Source: Nemertoderma westbladi (Eukaryota; Animalia; Xenacoelomorpha). Taken from it: DNA of 35,469 bases. A program made the position numbers and the translations under genes. The stretch covers positions 1 through 35,469 of the forward strand of contig JAUCBJ010005830.1 of NCBI GenBank assembly GCA_032718475.1. The letters are read 5' to 3'. This document shows positions 1 through 13,026 of the stretch, piece after piece. Below the pieces are notes generated by a model. That model searched no databases. It was not told the origin of the DNA and saw only the letters and a program-made list of their open reading frames with translations. How positions within the stretch are numbered: the stretch's first letter is position 1; each line of letters starts with the position of its first letter.

Positions 1-975
1 TTGCTTTTGTTTGTTTTTGTGTGTTTTTGTTTGTTTTGTGTGTTTTTGTGTGAATTGTATGTTTTTGTGTGAATTTGATGTTTTTGTGTGTTTCTGTTTG
101 TTTTTGTTTCTTTAAGTGTCTTTTGTTTGTTTTTGTTTGTTTTTGTGTGTTTGTTTGCTTTTGTTTGTTTGTGTTTTTGTTTGTTTTTGTATATTTGTGT
201 TTGTTTTTGGGTTTTTGTTTGTTTTGTTTGCTTTTGTTTGTTTTTCTGTGTGTTTTTGTTTATTTGTTTTTGTGTGTTTTTATTTGTTTTTGTGTTTTTC
301 TGTTTGTTTTTGTGTGTTTTGTTTCTTTTTGTTTGATTTTGTGTGTTTATGTTTGTTTTTATGTGTTTTTGTTTGTTTTTGTGTGTTTTTGTTTGTTTTG
401 TGTGTTTTTGTTTGTTTTGTATATTTTTGTGTGTTTTTGTGTGAATTGTATGTTTTTGTGTGTTTCTGTTTGTTTTTGTGTGTTTTTGTTTGTTTTTGTT
501 TCTTTAAGTGTCTTTTGTTTGTTTTTGTGTGTTTGTTTGCTTTTGTTTGTTTGTTTGTGTTTTTGTATATTTGTGTTTGTTTTTGGGTTTTTGTTTGTTT
601 TGTTTGCTTTTGTTTGTTTTTCTGTGTGTTTTTGTTTATTTGTTTTTGTGTGTTTTTGTTTGTTTTTGTGTTTTGTGTGTTTCTGTTTGTTTTTGTGTGT
701 TTTGTTTGTTTTTGTTTGATTTTGTGTGTTTATGTTTGTTTTTATGTGTTTTTGTTTGTTTTTGTGTGTTTTTGTTTGTTTTGTGTGTTTTTGTGTGAAT
801 TGTATATTTTTGTGTGTTTTTGTGTGAATTGTATATATGTTTTTGTGTGTTTCTGTTTGTTTTTGTGTGTTTTTGTTTGTTTTTGTGTGTTTTGTTTCTT
901 TATGTGTCTTTTGTTTGTTTTTGTGTGTTTTGTTTGCTTTTGTTTGTGTGTGTTTTTGTTTATTTGTGTTTATTT
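1..975. repeat. T/G-rich low-complexity tandem array (TTTG/TGTG words) with a larger ~380-390 bp duplicated unit; probably the subterminal array of a foldback/MULE-like element
   Basis: Almost only T and G. The marker gtttctttaagtgtcttttg recurs at ~106 and ~498, and gtatatttgtgtttgtttttggg at ~189 and ~565. The same repeat type reappears at 3692-3780. The F/V/C/L ORFs here are artefacts. Confidence 0.9.
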
Positions 976-1095
976 AATGTGACGTCAACATATGATCAGA
1001 TGATGGTAGTCATAAATCGAGTATATTTTTCTTCCCGGAAGTGTTATTCTCACCAAGCTTGGAAAGAGATGTTGGCGGAAACGCAACCGCACTAT

Positions 1096-3296
1096 CAGTT
1101 AGGAACACAACGCCCGATTTTGTCCTTTTGAACGCCAAAATTTGGCGTCGCCAGAACCAATCTTGCTGCATTTTCCCCATCGACTAACATAGGAAAAAAT
1201 AATAATGATAAGCGCATTTGATACAAAATTGTCGCATTTTAAAATTTATACCACTGAATTCCTTACAAAATATAATGACATTTCACCTCGTAAGAAAAAA
1301 TATTGCTTACGGAATAAAAAGTTATCTCACTTTTAAAATATTATCAGAATTAGGCGTAATGGAACGCCAAATTATGTCCACAGAAAAAGGAATGCCAGAT
1401 TATGTCCTTGGGGTGTTTATTGATTGACAGTCAGACATTAGGTATCCTGTGCTGAGCGCTGTAATAGGTGCGAGACTGATCTAGGCTAATTATAAAGGGG
1501 TGGCTTGCCTATGGCTGGGTTGACTGTTTGTAAGGTATAGCTTACTGGCGCCCAATGTCTGGGGCAGGTTAATGAATAGAGGGCAGATGTGACCTGGCTT
1601 TTCTTTCACACCTACAGACTGGGGTATTATGTATATGCAGGTGTGTGCTTGTATTATTACATCAATAGATGTTGGTTTGACTATGTGCCTGTGCCGTGTG
1701 CCATGTATCTTTGGCCAGATAGTTTAATGTTTTCAGTTTTTATTCAGTTTATTTTGTGTGACCATTTTAATGTATAATGTCATAAATTTTAAATTATATT
1801 TTGTGACTACGGTAGCCCCCAGCGGCCATCTGGCCATACCAGCATACGTAAAACTGTTAATTACATGACTTCCATTAAAGTATTTACGCGGATTTCTGCA
1901 ACAATCGTGTAAATAAATTAATAGATTAATACATTTGGGCAGCTTTGAATTGAAGTACACCTTCTTATTGAGACCTATATAAATAAAATACGGTAATAAA
2001 TTCATTAACTTAATTAGGCCTATTGTGAATTCATTCACAATAATTAACTTAATTAATATAATATAAGTTAATTAATTAATTATTGAGTAATTACATATTT
2101 CCGGATATAATGGAATAAGTTACATTTGGCCCGTATGCTAAGTGATTTTTTTGTGCGCCGAACGCGACGCGGCGCAGAAAAAAATGTGCGCCTGCGCAGT
2201 CGAAAACAGTGCAAAATCCGCGTGCGCAGCAGAAAAACTGCGCGAGATTGGCGCGCGCAGCAGAAATTCTGCGCGAGATTGGCGCGCACAGCAGAAATAC
2301 TGCGCGAAATCTCCTACCACGTACTGTTGGTTAGAACTTAGAATACTGGAATATGCCAGATATGCCACTACCGGTATAAGTATAACCTGGCCCTTACTGC
2401 CAAGTTGCCAAATATGGCAACAATGGCTTTATATAGTTGCCAAATGAGGCAATCAGAAATGTCTGCCAGATTTTGCTTGGTTGCCAAATATGGCAATCAC
2501 AATCATTGCCAGATTTGGCCATTGTACCTAACTGTCTGTATTGTCTGATTGTCATTACCCTGTTAGGCCTACCGGTAGTCGGCAGACTGCCAGGGGTAGC
2601 GGGTAGCAGGTCTACTTACCGGTACTGACTTAGCTGCTTAGTGCTGTAGTGCAAGTCTGAGCCGTGCTATCAATTTTCTGCGCCTGCGCCTGTCGCGCCG
2701 CGCTCTAAATTTTCTGCGCCTGCGCGGCGCTGCGCTCTCAATTTTCTGCGCCTGCTCCAAATTCTGGAAAAAATTGTGCGCCGAACGCGTTCGGCGTACA
2801 TGCCCTACTTAGCAGAATGGACATTTGGCTTATGTTGTGCTCGTGCTTCATCCTTCATGTACATCAGAGCTAAAAAGTCTATGCCGGTGAAATGTAAAAT
2901 AACGAGCTAAGCTCAACCACCTGCCTCCTGCACTGGATACATACATACATAGCCTCATTAGTTCAAAGGGCAAAGGGAATTCATACCGCTACACTACCAC
3001 ACACCATCTTAAACCATCCATGCCAGACATTAAGCCAATCAGCCAATGGGTTTCCACTCCACTGCTCCAGGCTACTCTGAGCTGTAGCCAGGCTGTACAG
3101 ATCACAGATTAGGCCGCTGTCACTCAAAATACCTACTGTGATAAAAATGGGACGCCCGATTATGTCGGGCAATACTTCATAAATATGGAACGCCAAATTT
3201 TGGCGTTCCAAACATAATCTGGCGTCCTAAACGCCTATTTCTACCGACAAAATCGGGCGTTCAAAAGGACAAAATCGGGCGTTGTGTTCCTAACTG
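1096..3296. mobile_element. Non-autonomous TIR DNA transposon with CAGT...ACTG ends and a 5-bp TSD (hAT5-like or unclassified)
   Basis: Perfect ~41-bp TIR CAGTTAGGAACACAACGCCCGATTTTGTCCTTTTGAACGCC at 1096, reverse complement ending at 3296. TSD ACTAT at 1091-1095 and 3297-3301. Subterminal gaacgccaaa/tttggcgt repeats at both ends. Confidence 0.9.
2131..2820. mobile_element. Non-autonomous MULE-like element nested in the 1096-3296 element
   Basis: 9-bp TSD ACATTTGGC at 2122-2130 and 2821-2829. Imperfect TIR ccgtatgctaagt / acttagcagaatgg. GC-rich subterminal repeats in opposite orientation (gcgcagcagaaa left, ttttctgcgcctgcgc right). Confidence 0.8.
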
Positions 3297-3691
3297 ACTA
3301 TCTACTGTATTACAGTACTTTAATCGCCCTTTGCGCAATTTATCAAAGGCATCGCATTAACTGATATCAACCATAACCTGCCTGCCTGATCACAATCATA
3401 TAGTAATATTTAGATTGAATAAGCGCGATGCATCCGTCCAGGCGAAATATATGTGATGTTCATAATGGGGATTCCACGGAGGATCGAGTGCATCAATGAT
3501 CTAATTTATACTGAAGGTACCTGTAGAGTGTAGACTACTGGACTATGCCTATGCTATAGGTATTTCAGCAATAACTATTGCGTTTTGGATTACAATTAAT
3601 TACATCCACACAGACAAACAGGCATACAAACAGACAACAACCCAAACCGCAACGATAATTACCTTTGCAGGCATTTCATATATATGCCATA

Positions 3692-3796
3692 TGTTTTTGT
3701 CTGTTTTTGTGTGTTTTGTATGTTTTTGTGTGTTTCTGTGTGTTTTTGTGAGTTTTTGTGTGTTTTTGTGTGTTTTTGGTGTAAATAGACGTCCCC
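3692..3796. mobile_element. T/G-rich repeat followed by a probable transposon terminus (...gtgtaaatagacgtccc)
   Basis: Same tgtttttgtg repeat as 1-975, ending in a MULE/foldback-style terminus. The partner end would lie upstream of the window. Confidence 0.45.
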
Positions 3797-3861
3797 GAGC
3801 AGGTTACAGTGGCAAGTTTTTTTAACCAAAACAATAAACGAGAGTGAAGAAAATTTTTTTA

Positions 3862-4046
3862 ATTATTTTGGGGTAATTCGTCATTATTTTGGGGTAATTC
3901 GTCATTTTGCCATATTTTGGGGTAAATTAAATTTCCAAAACAAAGGCTCAAAAAAAGTATTTTGGGGTAATTCTAAACTATTTTGGGGTATTTTGGGGTA
4001 ATTCTAAACTATTTTGGGGGGTGTTTTGGGGTAATTCGTAGGACCG
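3862..4046. repeat. Tandem TTTTGGGGTAATT repeats ending in ...gtaattcgtaggaccg; probably one arm of a MULE/foldback element
   Basis: About 8 copies of ttttggggta within ~185 bp. Confidence 0.6.
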
Positions 4047-4054
4047 CTTTAGGC

Positions 4055-4481
4055 TGTTAGGGGGGGGGGGGGGGGTTTGGGAAAATCTGATGACGTGCTG
4101 ATGAGGGGAGGGGAGGGGGTCAGCCAAAATCAGACGTCAGCATGTTCATTTATAGGTGCCAGAAGAGATATAGCAGAAGAGTAAATCAGTAAATAGCTTG
4201 CCTATTTTAATTGTTCGAAGCCCCCGAAGGCCCGTAGTACGACCTTCTGTTTCAGTTACCAGTCACCATACTTCAGTGATTAGGACGATTTGAATGATTT
4301 AGAAGTGATTATAAATAATCTTCATAATATAATAGTTTATTACAAAATTTTTTTTTAATCTGATTTAGGGGAGGGGGGGGGGGGGGGGGTCAACGCCTGA
4401 TGACATCTGATTTAGGGGATGGAGGGGGTCAACATTTTGGGGAAAAGTGCAGACGTCATACTTCTGTACTTGGACGGCCCC
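4055..4481. mobile_element. PIF/Harbinger (Tourist-like) MITE remnant
   Basis: Right end gacgtcata...ttggacggccccttaa, G-tract/tgacgt subterminal blocks on both sides, TTA/TAA context. The left terminus is incomplete. Confidence 0.55.
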
Positions 4482-4511
4482 TTAATTATATAAGCCTACA
4501 TAAACGCTGCA

Positions 4512-5099
4512 ATGGGTTCCGAAAAAACATCTCCAGCTTGGAGGTATTTCACTGTAAAAGAATCGGATAATTCGGTTGCGATTTGCGTCGTTGGCGGTTG
4601 TCATTCTTTGGTTTCAAGGGGTTCAAAAGATAAATTTAAAACATTTATTCAAATTATTTAAAACATAAAACCTTTATTCGACCATTTACGACGTCACCAT
4701 AAAGAACAATTTCAAGTTATATTTCACTTTGCAGTCTACCCCTATGTAAAGAATACCGGGATTCACTAAAAACCAAGTTACAGAAGGGTTGAATCTAACC
4801 AAATCAGCAAATACCGTACGTAATAAGCGAATTGGTTAGTATCTCTAACGATAGGAATAAACTGAAAATTTACCGTAGTTCCAAAAAAATACATAGGCCT
4901 AACCCCTTTTTGGGAATATAAATTACGGCAGAAATTTGGCAAATTGCCATAACAGTACAACAGTCTGATAGTCTGATTCTGACTGTCTGATAGTACTGAA
5001 CTGACTGACTGACATTGAACACTGCTACAGCATAGGCCTACAGCTACACATAGGGAAAAACTCCGGCTCCGGCAAAATAAAAACTCCGATCGAGCCCTA
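4512..5099 (+). pseudogene. hAT transposon remnant: BED zinc-finger coding fragment plus a hAT-type terminus
   Basis: From ATG 4512: MGSEKTSPAWRYFTVKESDNSVAICVVGGCHSLVSRGS...*NIKPLFDHLRRHHKEQF, matching the BED pattern W-x-Y-F...C-x4-C...HL-x2-HH, with one in-frame stop. Terminus ctccgatcgagcccta (TAGGG type) at ~5083-5099. Confidence 0.7.
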
Positions 5100-7526
5100 A
5101 TATTTATTATACAATGGAATACCAGTAATAGATTCCAATTCCATATTTCAGTAGGCCCTATTTCAAAAGCTACCGGTAGGCCTACTCCAAAAGTTGAATT
5201 TTAAAAAATAAAGTTGAAATTTCAACTCAATTGAAAATAGAACTTCTCCCCGACTGATGTACTGGCAAATATATAAGGATTCTACGCATATGCAGATATG
5301 CCTATGCCTACCGGGTAGGCCTATATTTCATTTATTAAGTTACAAACATTAAAGGTAGGCCTATAAACATAACATATTCATATTACCGGTACAAACATAA
5401 ATAAACAATAGTTTGATAGTCTGATAGTGGGGTTCAAAATTATACGAGGTAGTAGATTGTAAATAAAAAAACACAAAAGTTGATAATTTTACATAGGCCT
5501 AATGCAATAATAAAAAATAAACATTAAATAATTACCGGTAGTTGGCACATTTATGATTAAAAAATATTATGTTTAGAAAAAAATATATATTTCCGAATCG
5601 GAAAAAACTTCGATAGGCAACATCGAATATTCGTAGGCAACAATATAAAAACAAAAAACCTTGACCCGCGGAGTTTTGTTGATATAGGCTCTACTGCAGT
5701 AAGCAGTACAGCAGTACTGATATATGTCCGCTCTAGCTCTAGCTCGTCTGTAAATGAGTGCTGGAGTGTTGGTATTTTAAGTGAACGAGGACGCTCCTCA
5801 TACTGTCATATGACTATGACAGATGCTGTAGACAGGTAGGTAGATGCAGATGCTTTTGACAGTTTGACTGTGGTCTACCCAGTCATCCAGTCACCAGTAG
5901 TACTGTAGTACGCCCATGGGATTATCATTTCAGTAATTTTGTAATTGCACTGATTGGGCAGTAGGGTACCGTAATTTATAACATGACATTCCATTCTGAA
6001 TGGTAAATGTTGTGCTGTGTTAATGGGAAGTGTCATTCCCAAAGGCCCAGCAGACCTTACAGTGCGCAGGAGATCACTTTTCACTTGCGGACAATTGCAC
6101 CACTATGTGAATGCGGTGGGCCTAATTAATTGTATGCGGCGATTATATTAGTGTTGGGGGAGGGAAGGAGGGGGGGGGGGGGGGGGGGTGGGGGGTTGCC
6201 TTTTACGCACCTTTGTGTTTTATTCATATTGAAAAATTACAAACCGAAACGATAAAACTAAAATGTATCCAAAATTAGGCCTAAGTAACAAAATTTAAGG
6301 TATTTTAAATTCGTAAATAATAAATTTATGATAAAGTTTTGGACACTTTTTTTAAATACGGAGTTTTTAATTAGAAATGACAATAGCCATATTAATAAAT
6401 TTGAACCACCAGTAAAAAAAGTAATAAATTATTTTATCAACCAATATTTTTTCTAGCGGTGACAATTTGTTTTTTTTACTTATGAAGAATATATCAAAAA
6501 TAAAATTAATAATTAAAAAAATAATTAAAATAAATAAATTAATTCATAAAGTAGTAAAAGATATTACCGCTAAGATATACAATTATAAGGATTATTATTA
6601 ACAACAGTTACAATACTGTGTCTCTTTGTCTGTGGATTGGATATACCCATGTTAATTAAATACTTATTCTGGAATGACTATTTACGACACTACTGTCTGC
6701 CTCTCCCGTTGACTACTAAGGGCCCTCCTTCTTTGTTCATTATTAACATTGTACGCTGTTACAGTACATGTTATCATTATTGGAAGGAAGCCCTGCCCAC
6801 ACAAGGGGCTTCCCCAATCCCCAGCTGGCTACTCCAGTTGCCAGACAACCAATAGCATCAACTCACGTTCACTTTACTATGTTTCTACAGTACGAGCTGA
6901 CTTATTCATATTCACCCCATGTTAAATAAATAGATGTTCTGGAATTAATATTTATGACTTGGGCTACAGTAGATACTGTATAGTAAATAACTGTGGATAA
7001 TACAGTAGCATTTGTTCCAAGCCCTAGGTGATTTAATAATAAAATGGTTTGTATGTGGTTTATTCCGCTTTATAATAAATAATGTATGTTTACATTTTTT
7101 TATTATTTAATTATTTTTTAATGTATTAGTGATAAAATGCACATGGCAGCATGGGATTCCTTCCGCCTTTACTGTAACATTAGCGTTGTGTTCCATTAGA
7201 AAAGGGTAGGATGGGGGTCCGGGTGATGAGGAACGCCCCGACACACTACCCCAAACTCTACGTCGTGGACTTAATATGTTCCATTGGGCTGGATTTGGGT
7301 GGGAGTGAGGAACTCATAAACCTCTTATGTGATACAATACACCTAATTAAAACAGAATCAATGATATTCGTGTAAAACTTTATACTAAATACTAATGTTT
7401 TTTTATGGTCTTTTATTTAAAATAAGTTTTTAAAAAATTGTTTTTCTAACATCTCTGCTGCAAAGTGTACCGTAACTATTGACCGGGCTTTAACAACGGT
7501 TCTGATTCACCATGTTTTTGTTTCAG

Positions 7527-7718
7527 TTTGCAACGAGTAGGGCCACCCAGTTAATGGATTTAGCCCAGAGATTAATAACTCTACAGCACTACGCCTTCGG
7601 TGTCCTTAATGAGAGTTTAAAGGAAGTCAGTCTGCTGGTTGATCAGTTGCGTCTCACACTGAATACACAAAGGGATGTGTTGGAGAAATCGTTGGATATC
7701 CATCAAAGAATAGAAAAA
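7527..7718 (+). CDS. MCF2L: MCF2L/Dbs-like RhoGEF exon (spectrin repeat), phase 0-0
   Basis: tttcAG|...|GTtag. Encodes FATSRATQLMDLAQRLITLQHYAFGVLNESLKEVSLLVDQLRLTLNTQRDVLEKSLDIHQRIEK, resembling the Dbs spectrin repeat (HYA...L-x-KSL-x2-H-x-R). 192 bp. Confidence 0.85.
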
Positions 7719-8189
7719 GTTAGATAAAAATATTATTTTTAAAAATATTTTAATTCCTATGAAATACTCGAAATGTCGGTCAACTGAATGAACCAAATTT
7801 GAAATAGTCAATAACGTTTGTCTGAAAAATCAAACCATCAGTATAAATTAGAAATATTATCCAATGGCGGGTAGTATCAGACTACAAAGCCTTTGTTAAT
7901 GAAATAAAATATTGTTATAACGAAATATTTAAATTGGCACTTCCTTATGATATAGGCCTACACCTAGACTGTACAATTTTTAAACATCAATGTGGATAAC
8001 TTTGGTTATGGGATAGGAGATTGATTACCTTTCACTTATTAGTGGTGAAATTATTAGAACAAGCGCGATTGAAAAATATGTCATATTTAATAATTAATTA
8101 TATGAAACATTTTTATTTATTACAATGAAGCTTCCTCAGCCGTACTGTATAGGCCTACTGCAGTAAAATACATAAAGGCATCATCAAAA

Positions 8190-10567
8190 TTAGCGTTAGA
8201 CCGGAGCCAGATTTTTGCCGGAGCCGGAACCTGGGCCTTCGGTAATTGGATCGGGCGGGATTTTTTTCTTTTAATCGAAAATATATCAAAAAATAAGAGT
8301 TTTGAACAGGGGGACCTGAAATTCACCAGGGGGAACTTTTTTTATAAGACTTTGAATTTTTACAAAAGTCCAATATTGGACTTTACGTCCAATTTTGGAC
8401 GCGACATTGAGAATCTAACTTAAATGTACATGAAGCATAACAGATGAGAGACAGCCAGACAGCTATTAAGTTATGGAAAGTTACCTTTGCAGCTCTCTGT
8501 ATGTATCTTCAGTGTAACTGTACTTAGAATATAATGGTACATTCTAGCATTCTAGGTACCGGTACTTTGTACTTTACTTTTAGCATATTGTTTAGTTTAC
8601 ATTCATGTTATGTCTAACCTTACAGCCTTATGTACCCAGGACTTTAGAGTCTTTAGGACTAGATTAGATTATGCTCCAAGAAATATTTAATTACAAATTA
8701 TATTTGGTGGAAACTGGTAGCAATGCCAGGTTTGCCAACTGCAGCTGCTGCTAGGGCTTACTACAGTACACGCTACGATTTCGTCTAAGCTTATGGGAGC
8801 CCTATCAGAAAGAAATACTACAAGTTGATGCTACCACCATCTCTTCTAATTTTTCCATACAACAGGGAGGGTATTTTAAATCGGCTGGATAATGAAACGG
8901 GATTAACTGATTAACGTGTTGGGGTCTCCACATAACAGCATAATAAGTAGCCTACAGAAGTAACACACGTCATAAACCAATTCAGGGAAAGGAACAGGTT
9001 ACGGACAGACAGAGGCAGGCTTTTCTAACTAAAACAATAAACGGCCACTTTTGACTTTACCAATTGAGGGAGCCCTATCACCACATACTACTAACTACAA
9101 TCCAGCAATTGGCATTCTGCATTGCAGCTGCATTTTATATACGGTATCTAGGCCCTATTAAGAATGCTGTGCCGGCTTATTGACAGTGCCAAGTGCGCCA
9201 CCACAACTCCCTTACACTCTTACAGCCTTATCACCCATGACATTTGCTAGATCATCCGCATCTTCAAGGCCAGTGTCCTTTGAGACAGTAAGAAAGACTG
9301 AAAGATGCATCTCAAGAAAGTCATGGGCTATCCACCATGCTTATTTACTCCATGAGGTGCACTGGCTGGTCCTCATGGCGGAAGCAATGTCCTGCAAATC
9401 GGAGGCGGCTTTGTTCTAGTGTCAAGCTTGGGGGAACTAATGAGACACCTCCAACACCAATGTTATATAGTGTCTGGTTGGAGATGTGTGCATTGTACTT
9501 GACACAGTGAACCCAATCAAAACAATTAGCCAATAGGCCTAAACATTAACTCAATAACATAATAGGTTACAGTTTACAGTAGTCTTATTTTTGCCATACA
9601 AAAATACCACATGTATGGGTATGTATGAACTATACAGCTATAACTCAACTACCGCTAATGTCTGAATGTGGTATAGGCCTACACCACTAAGGCAGTAAGG
9701 CTACCGCAAAGCAATACCACTACCGCAAAAAGTAACTACAGATGTCTGACTGTACGTGTGCGATCTGCGATCCCTGCTTATAATACTTATAATAATTAAT
9801 TTGATCATTAAAATGATGTTGCATTGTAATTATGTAATATATATGTACTGATACGGGATGCAGTTTTGATTGAAATACCGATATACAGTATGGCAGCATG
9901 GGTACACTTAGAGTTGTACTAAAGTCCAATATTGGACTTTGGAGTCCAAAATTGGACTTGAAGTCTAAAATTGGACTTGAAGTCCAATTTTTGACTTCTC
10001 ACCGACTGCTGGTAGTTTTATTAGATATTAAACCTAACAACAGAACAATGATGCAATAGAAGAATGGTTGATAGCATCATCAACCAAGTCCTGAAGTCTG
10101 CCAGTAGATCTGTAGATGTAGGTAGAGGTATACTAATACTAGGCTACAGGCAGACAGGGCTAGGCTAGTGACATGCAGACAGGCTAAACAGAGTGAGTAG
10201 GTAGTACAGTTTACAGTACTGTCACACTGTACTGCAGTACTGCTGTAGGTACTAGTGTACTGACTGCGAGTGACTGGCCTGTCTTTGTAGCCTCAGCCTG
10301 GCACCTGGTAGGCCAGTACAGCAGTAGGCAGTGTAGCTGTACTATGATTGACTAGATGACTGCTGGACTGTGACTGTGGACAACTGATTGTGGATTGTAC
10401 ATCGGTCAGTCGGTGCATTGTGTGTCTCTGTCTGTCTTTTACAGTTTTATACTGGCTGACTGTAGCTCCGGTTCTCCGGTCATATTTTAGCCGGAGCCGG
10501 ACCGGAACCGGAGCATCATTTTCCGGGCCGGATCCGGACCGGAGCCGGAGCTCCGGTCTAACACTAA
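8190..10567. mobile_element. Older hAT-like non-autonomous element carrying nested insertions
   Basis: TIR tagcgttagaccggagc (8191) / gctccggtctaacacta (ends 10566), with ccggagccgg subterminal repeats at both ends. The flanks share only tcaaaa (degraded TSD). Confidence 0.55.
9085..9515 (-). mobile_element. 5'-truncated RTE LINE 3' fragment (second RTE family)
   Basis: Encodes RLRFAGHC...; closely similar to 30935-31526; tactacta tail remnant at the left end. Confidence 0.8.
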
Positions 10568-11685
10568 ATTCAAAATCGACAATAGAACAAATAGACAAAA
10601 TAATAGGTATACAGTACAGTAAAAATTAAAAATAAGTCATATTGAACGTAAATACAAGTAAAATATAGCATATTAAAAACAAATCATACAAGCTGGCAAG
10701 CCTGGAGGGTTCACGGTCCTCCTACTTACTGACTTAATCAGTACAATAATAATAACCGATACATCATTGTCGAAACGTACCCAGTATTCGGGTACCGGCT
10801 GGCGGCTGACCGGTACGTTTTCGTCCGGGTAGGCCTATGTTTCCTTTTCACTTGTTCCCATCGTAGGCGACCTCATGCTCATCCCACCACGACAACGACC
10901 ACCAGTAACGAGTTGGGTAGGCAGTAGGCGTCTACCGGCAACCGGTAAGTAATTACGCGCCACACGACGTCATCGTGGTCATCCCGCCATCCGCCAGTCT
11001 GGTTCCCGGCTTAATTTGACATTATGTCAAATTTGACATGTGGCATGTCAAATTTGTCACTAATGTCAAAATTGCCATTTCGTTGTTTAAATTCTATCTA
11101 TACAGCTATAGGCATAGTTAAAAGACAGATGTCAAGGCAAATAGCCTACGGGTAGTTGGTAGTTGATAGCACTTACTGACTTAATAGTTAAACAAATAGT
11201 TAATAGTACTTTCTTTAGTTGTACCTATTCAGTAAAAATATAATCAGGCAATGTACGTGTACGAGCAATCCCTCTGTGAGCAAGTCGAGTTCGATGGAAA
11301 TGCTACATATGCCTGCCTATCCCATGTGTAGCGACCGGGTAAAAACAGAAGCAATTGCAAAATTAACTGCGGAGCAACTGCGAGAAAAATTGATAGATAT
11401 TTTGTCTAATTGGCAGTCTGATTTCGTAGAATACTCAGAACTCCTTAAATTGTCCAAGAAAAAACAAGAACTAATCGATTTGTACTTCCAAATCCAACAA
11501 GATATGAGCAATAGGTACCATAGAAGAGGAGCCTGAAACTGATGAATAGTCTGTTCTGAATCATTAATTTCATACCGTTCAACCATTCTGCCATTAGAAT
11601 ATATATTATATTGCACTAGTCCTAATCTTTTGTGGTTCATAAATTGTATTGATATTGAGTTCCGAAATTGCATGTAGATATAACA

Positions 11686-12670
11686 CAGGGATGGCAAAAA
11701 CCATGGTTTTTTGAAAAAAATTTTTTGGTTTTGGTTTTATTGTTTGGTTTTTTTATGGTTTTTTTCGGTTTTTTATGGTTTTTTATGGTTTTTCTGTGGT
11801 TTAATTAAATCCAATACAGCAATACATACAAATGTAGGATCTACGTACAACAGTCTGACAGTACAACCCTTGCTGCCTTGCTGCCTTGCGCTTGCCCAAT
11901 AGAACAAAATACCGGTACTGGAATAACTGAATAAAGCCACATACAGTATGCTGGTTTGAAGCGTTTCTTCTGCTGTTCTGTCCTTACTCTCATCCAACCC
12001 ATCAGCCCATGTCAGCATGTCTGCATGTGACAAAATACTAACAACATACAACGTAAATATACATACCAACGTCCAGACGTCTGTACTGCTCCACTGCACG
12101 CCAGGCTGCAAACCACCACTGAACCGCGCACAACGCCTGCGCACAATTTTTCAGCCGCGCAGTATTGGACAATATACCGCGCATGCACCGAAAAAAACGC
12201 GCACACAACATTTTAACTATGCAGCTATGTAAACGAGAAACATACGCCAGCGAAGCGAGCAAAACCTTTTCATTAACATTGCAAAATGAACAGATGAAAA
12301 AGAAACGCGAGCAAAACTTAAAGTGAGAGAAAATTTTTCCTTCTAACTGTGCAAAATGAAAAAGAATCGAGAGCAAAACTCAAAGTGAGCGAAATTTGTT
12401 CATTCTACATGTACAGATCAGCAGATGTAACAGTGCAAAATGAAAAAGAAACGCTAGCAAAACTCAAAGTGTTCGAAATTTTTTCATTCTAACAGTGCAA
12501 AATGAAAAAGAAATGCGACTACCAGTCTTCTTTATATTATTTACAGCGTTAATTGTAAAATTTTATGAAAAACCATAAAAAACCAATTTTTTCGCCTTTT
12601 TTTAAAAGTTGGTTAAACCAAAAAACCATAAAAAACCAATGGTGAGAAAAACCATTGGTTGCCAACCCTA
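11686..12670. mobile_element. Non-autonomous hAT element (985 bp) nested in 10995-20435
   Basis: Ends CAGGGATGGCAA / TTGCCAACCCTA. Perfect 8-bp TSD ATATAACA at 11678-11685 and 12671-12678. atggttttt/aaaaaccat subterminal repeats; internal gcaaaatgaa repeats at 12280-12515. Confidence 0.9.
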
Positions 12671-13026
12671 ATATAACATAACAATGATTTGTGTTCTTTA
12701 AATAATTTACAGATTCTTGTTTATTTTTAAAGATTGCGATTAAAGATTGCGGGTTAGTTATTAAATGCCATTTCTATGATTTCTATGCAGCCAGCTTTCA
12801 ACCTTAACCTATGTTTGGCTCTGTCTGGCCTCAATATAAAATTTATATAATTGATTAATTGACCCCTCAGCCCTCACCCCCCCCCCCCCCCCCCCCTCTT
12901 CCATTCGAAATAATAATGCCATATACCATACCATATATAATTAAACTATGGCAAGCTAAGAATGGTGAACTGAACTGTTATTTATCAAGTTAAATTAGGT
13001 TACTGTTATTGTTATATTAAGTTATT

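Noticed and set aside
69-1131. Long F/V/C/L-rich ORFs that look like membrane proteins
   Set aside because: Artefact of an A-poor T/G repeat that rarely forms stop codons; open in all three frames.
2981-3211. Minus-strand ORF with a faint PHD-finger resemblance (ICDLY...W...WFKMVC) inside the first CAGT element
   Set aside because: Most zinc ligands are missing; cannot be supported without a profile search.
5875-6090. Minus-strand CKVCWAF...TTFT, suggestive of a TTF-type zinc-finger relic
   Set aside because: Too short and interrupted by stops to call.
4059-6195. Poly-G tracts (also poly-C at ~12879, 28456 and 34217) as functional G-quadruplex elements
   Set aside because: Mostly within or beside MITE-like sequence, homopolymer lengths are error-prone, and there is no independent evidence.
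8727-10705. Inverted pair ccaggtttgccaact / agctggcaagcctgg as hAT termini
   Set aside because: No matching TSD, and the interval would cross the boundary of the 8190-10567 element.
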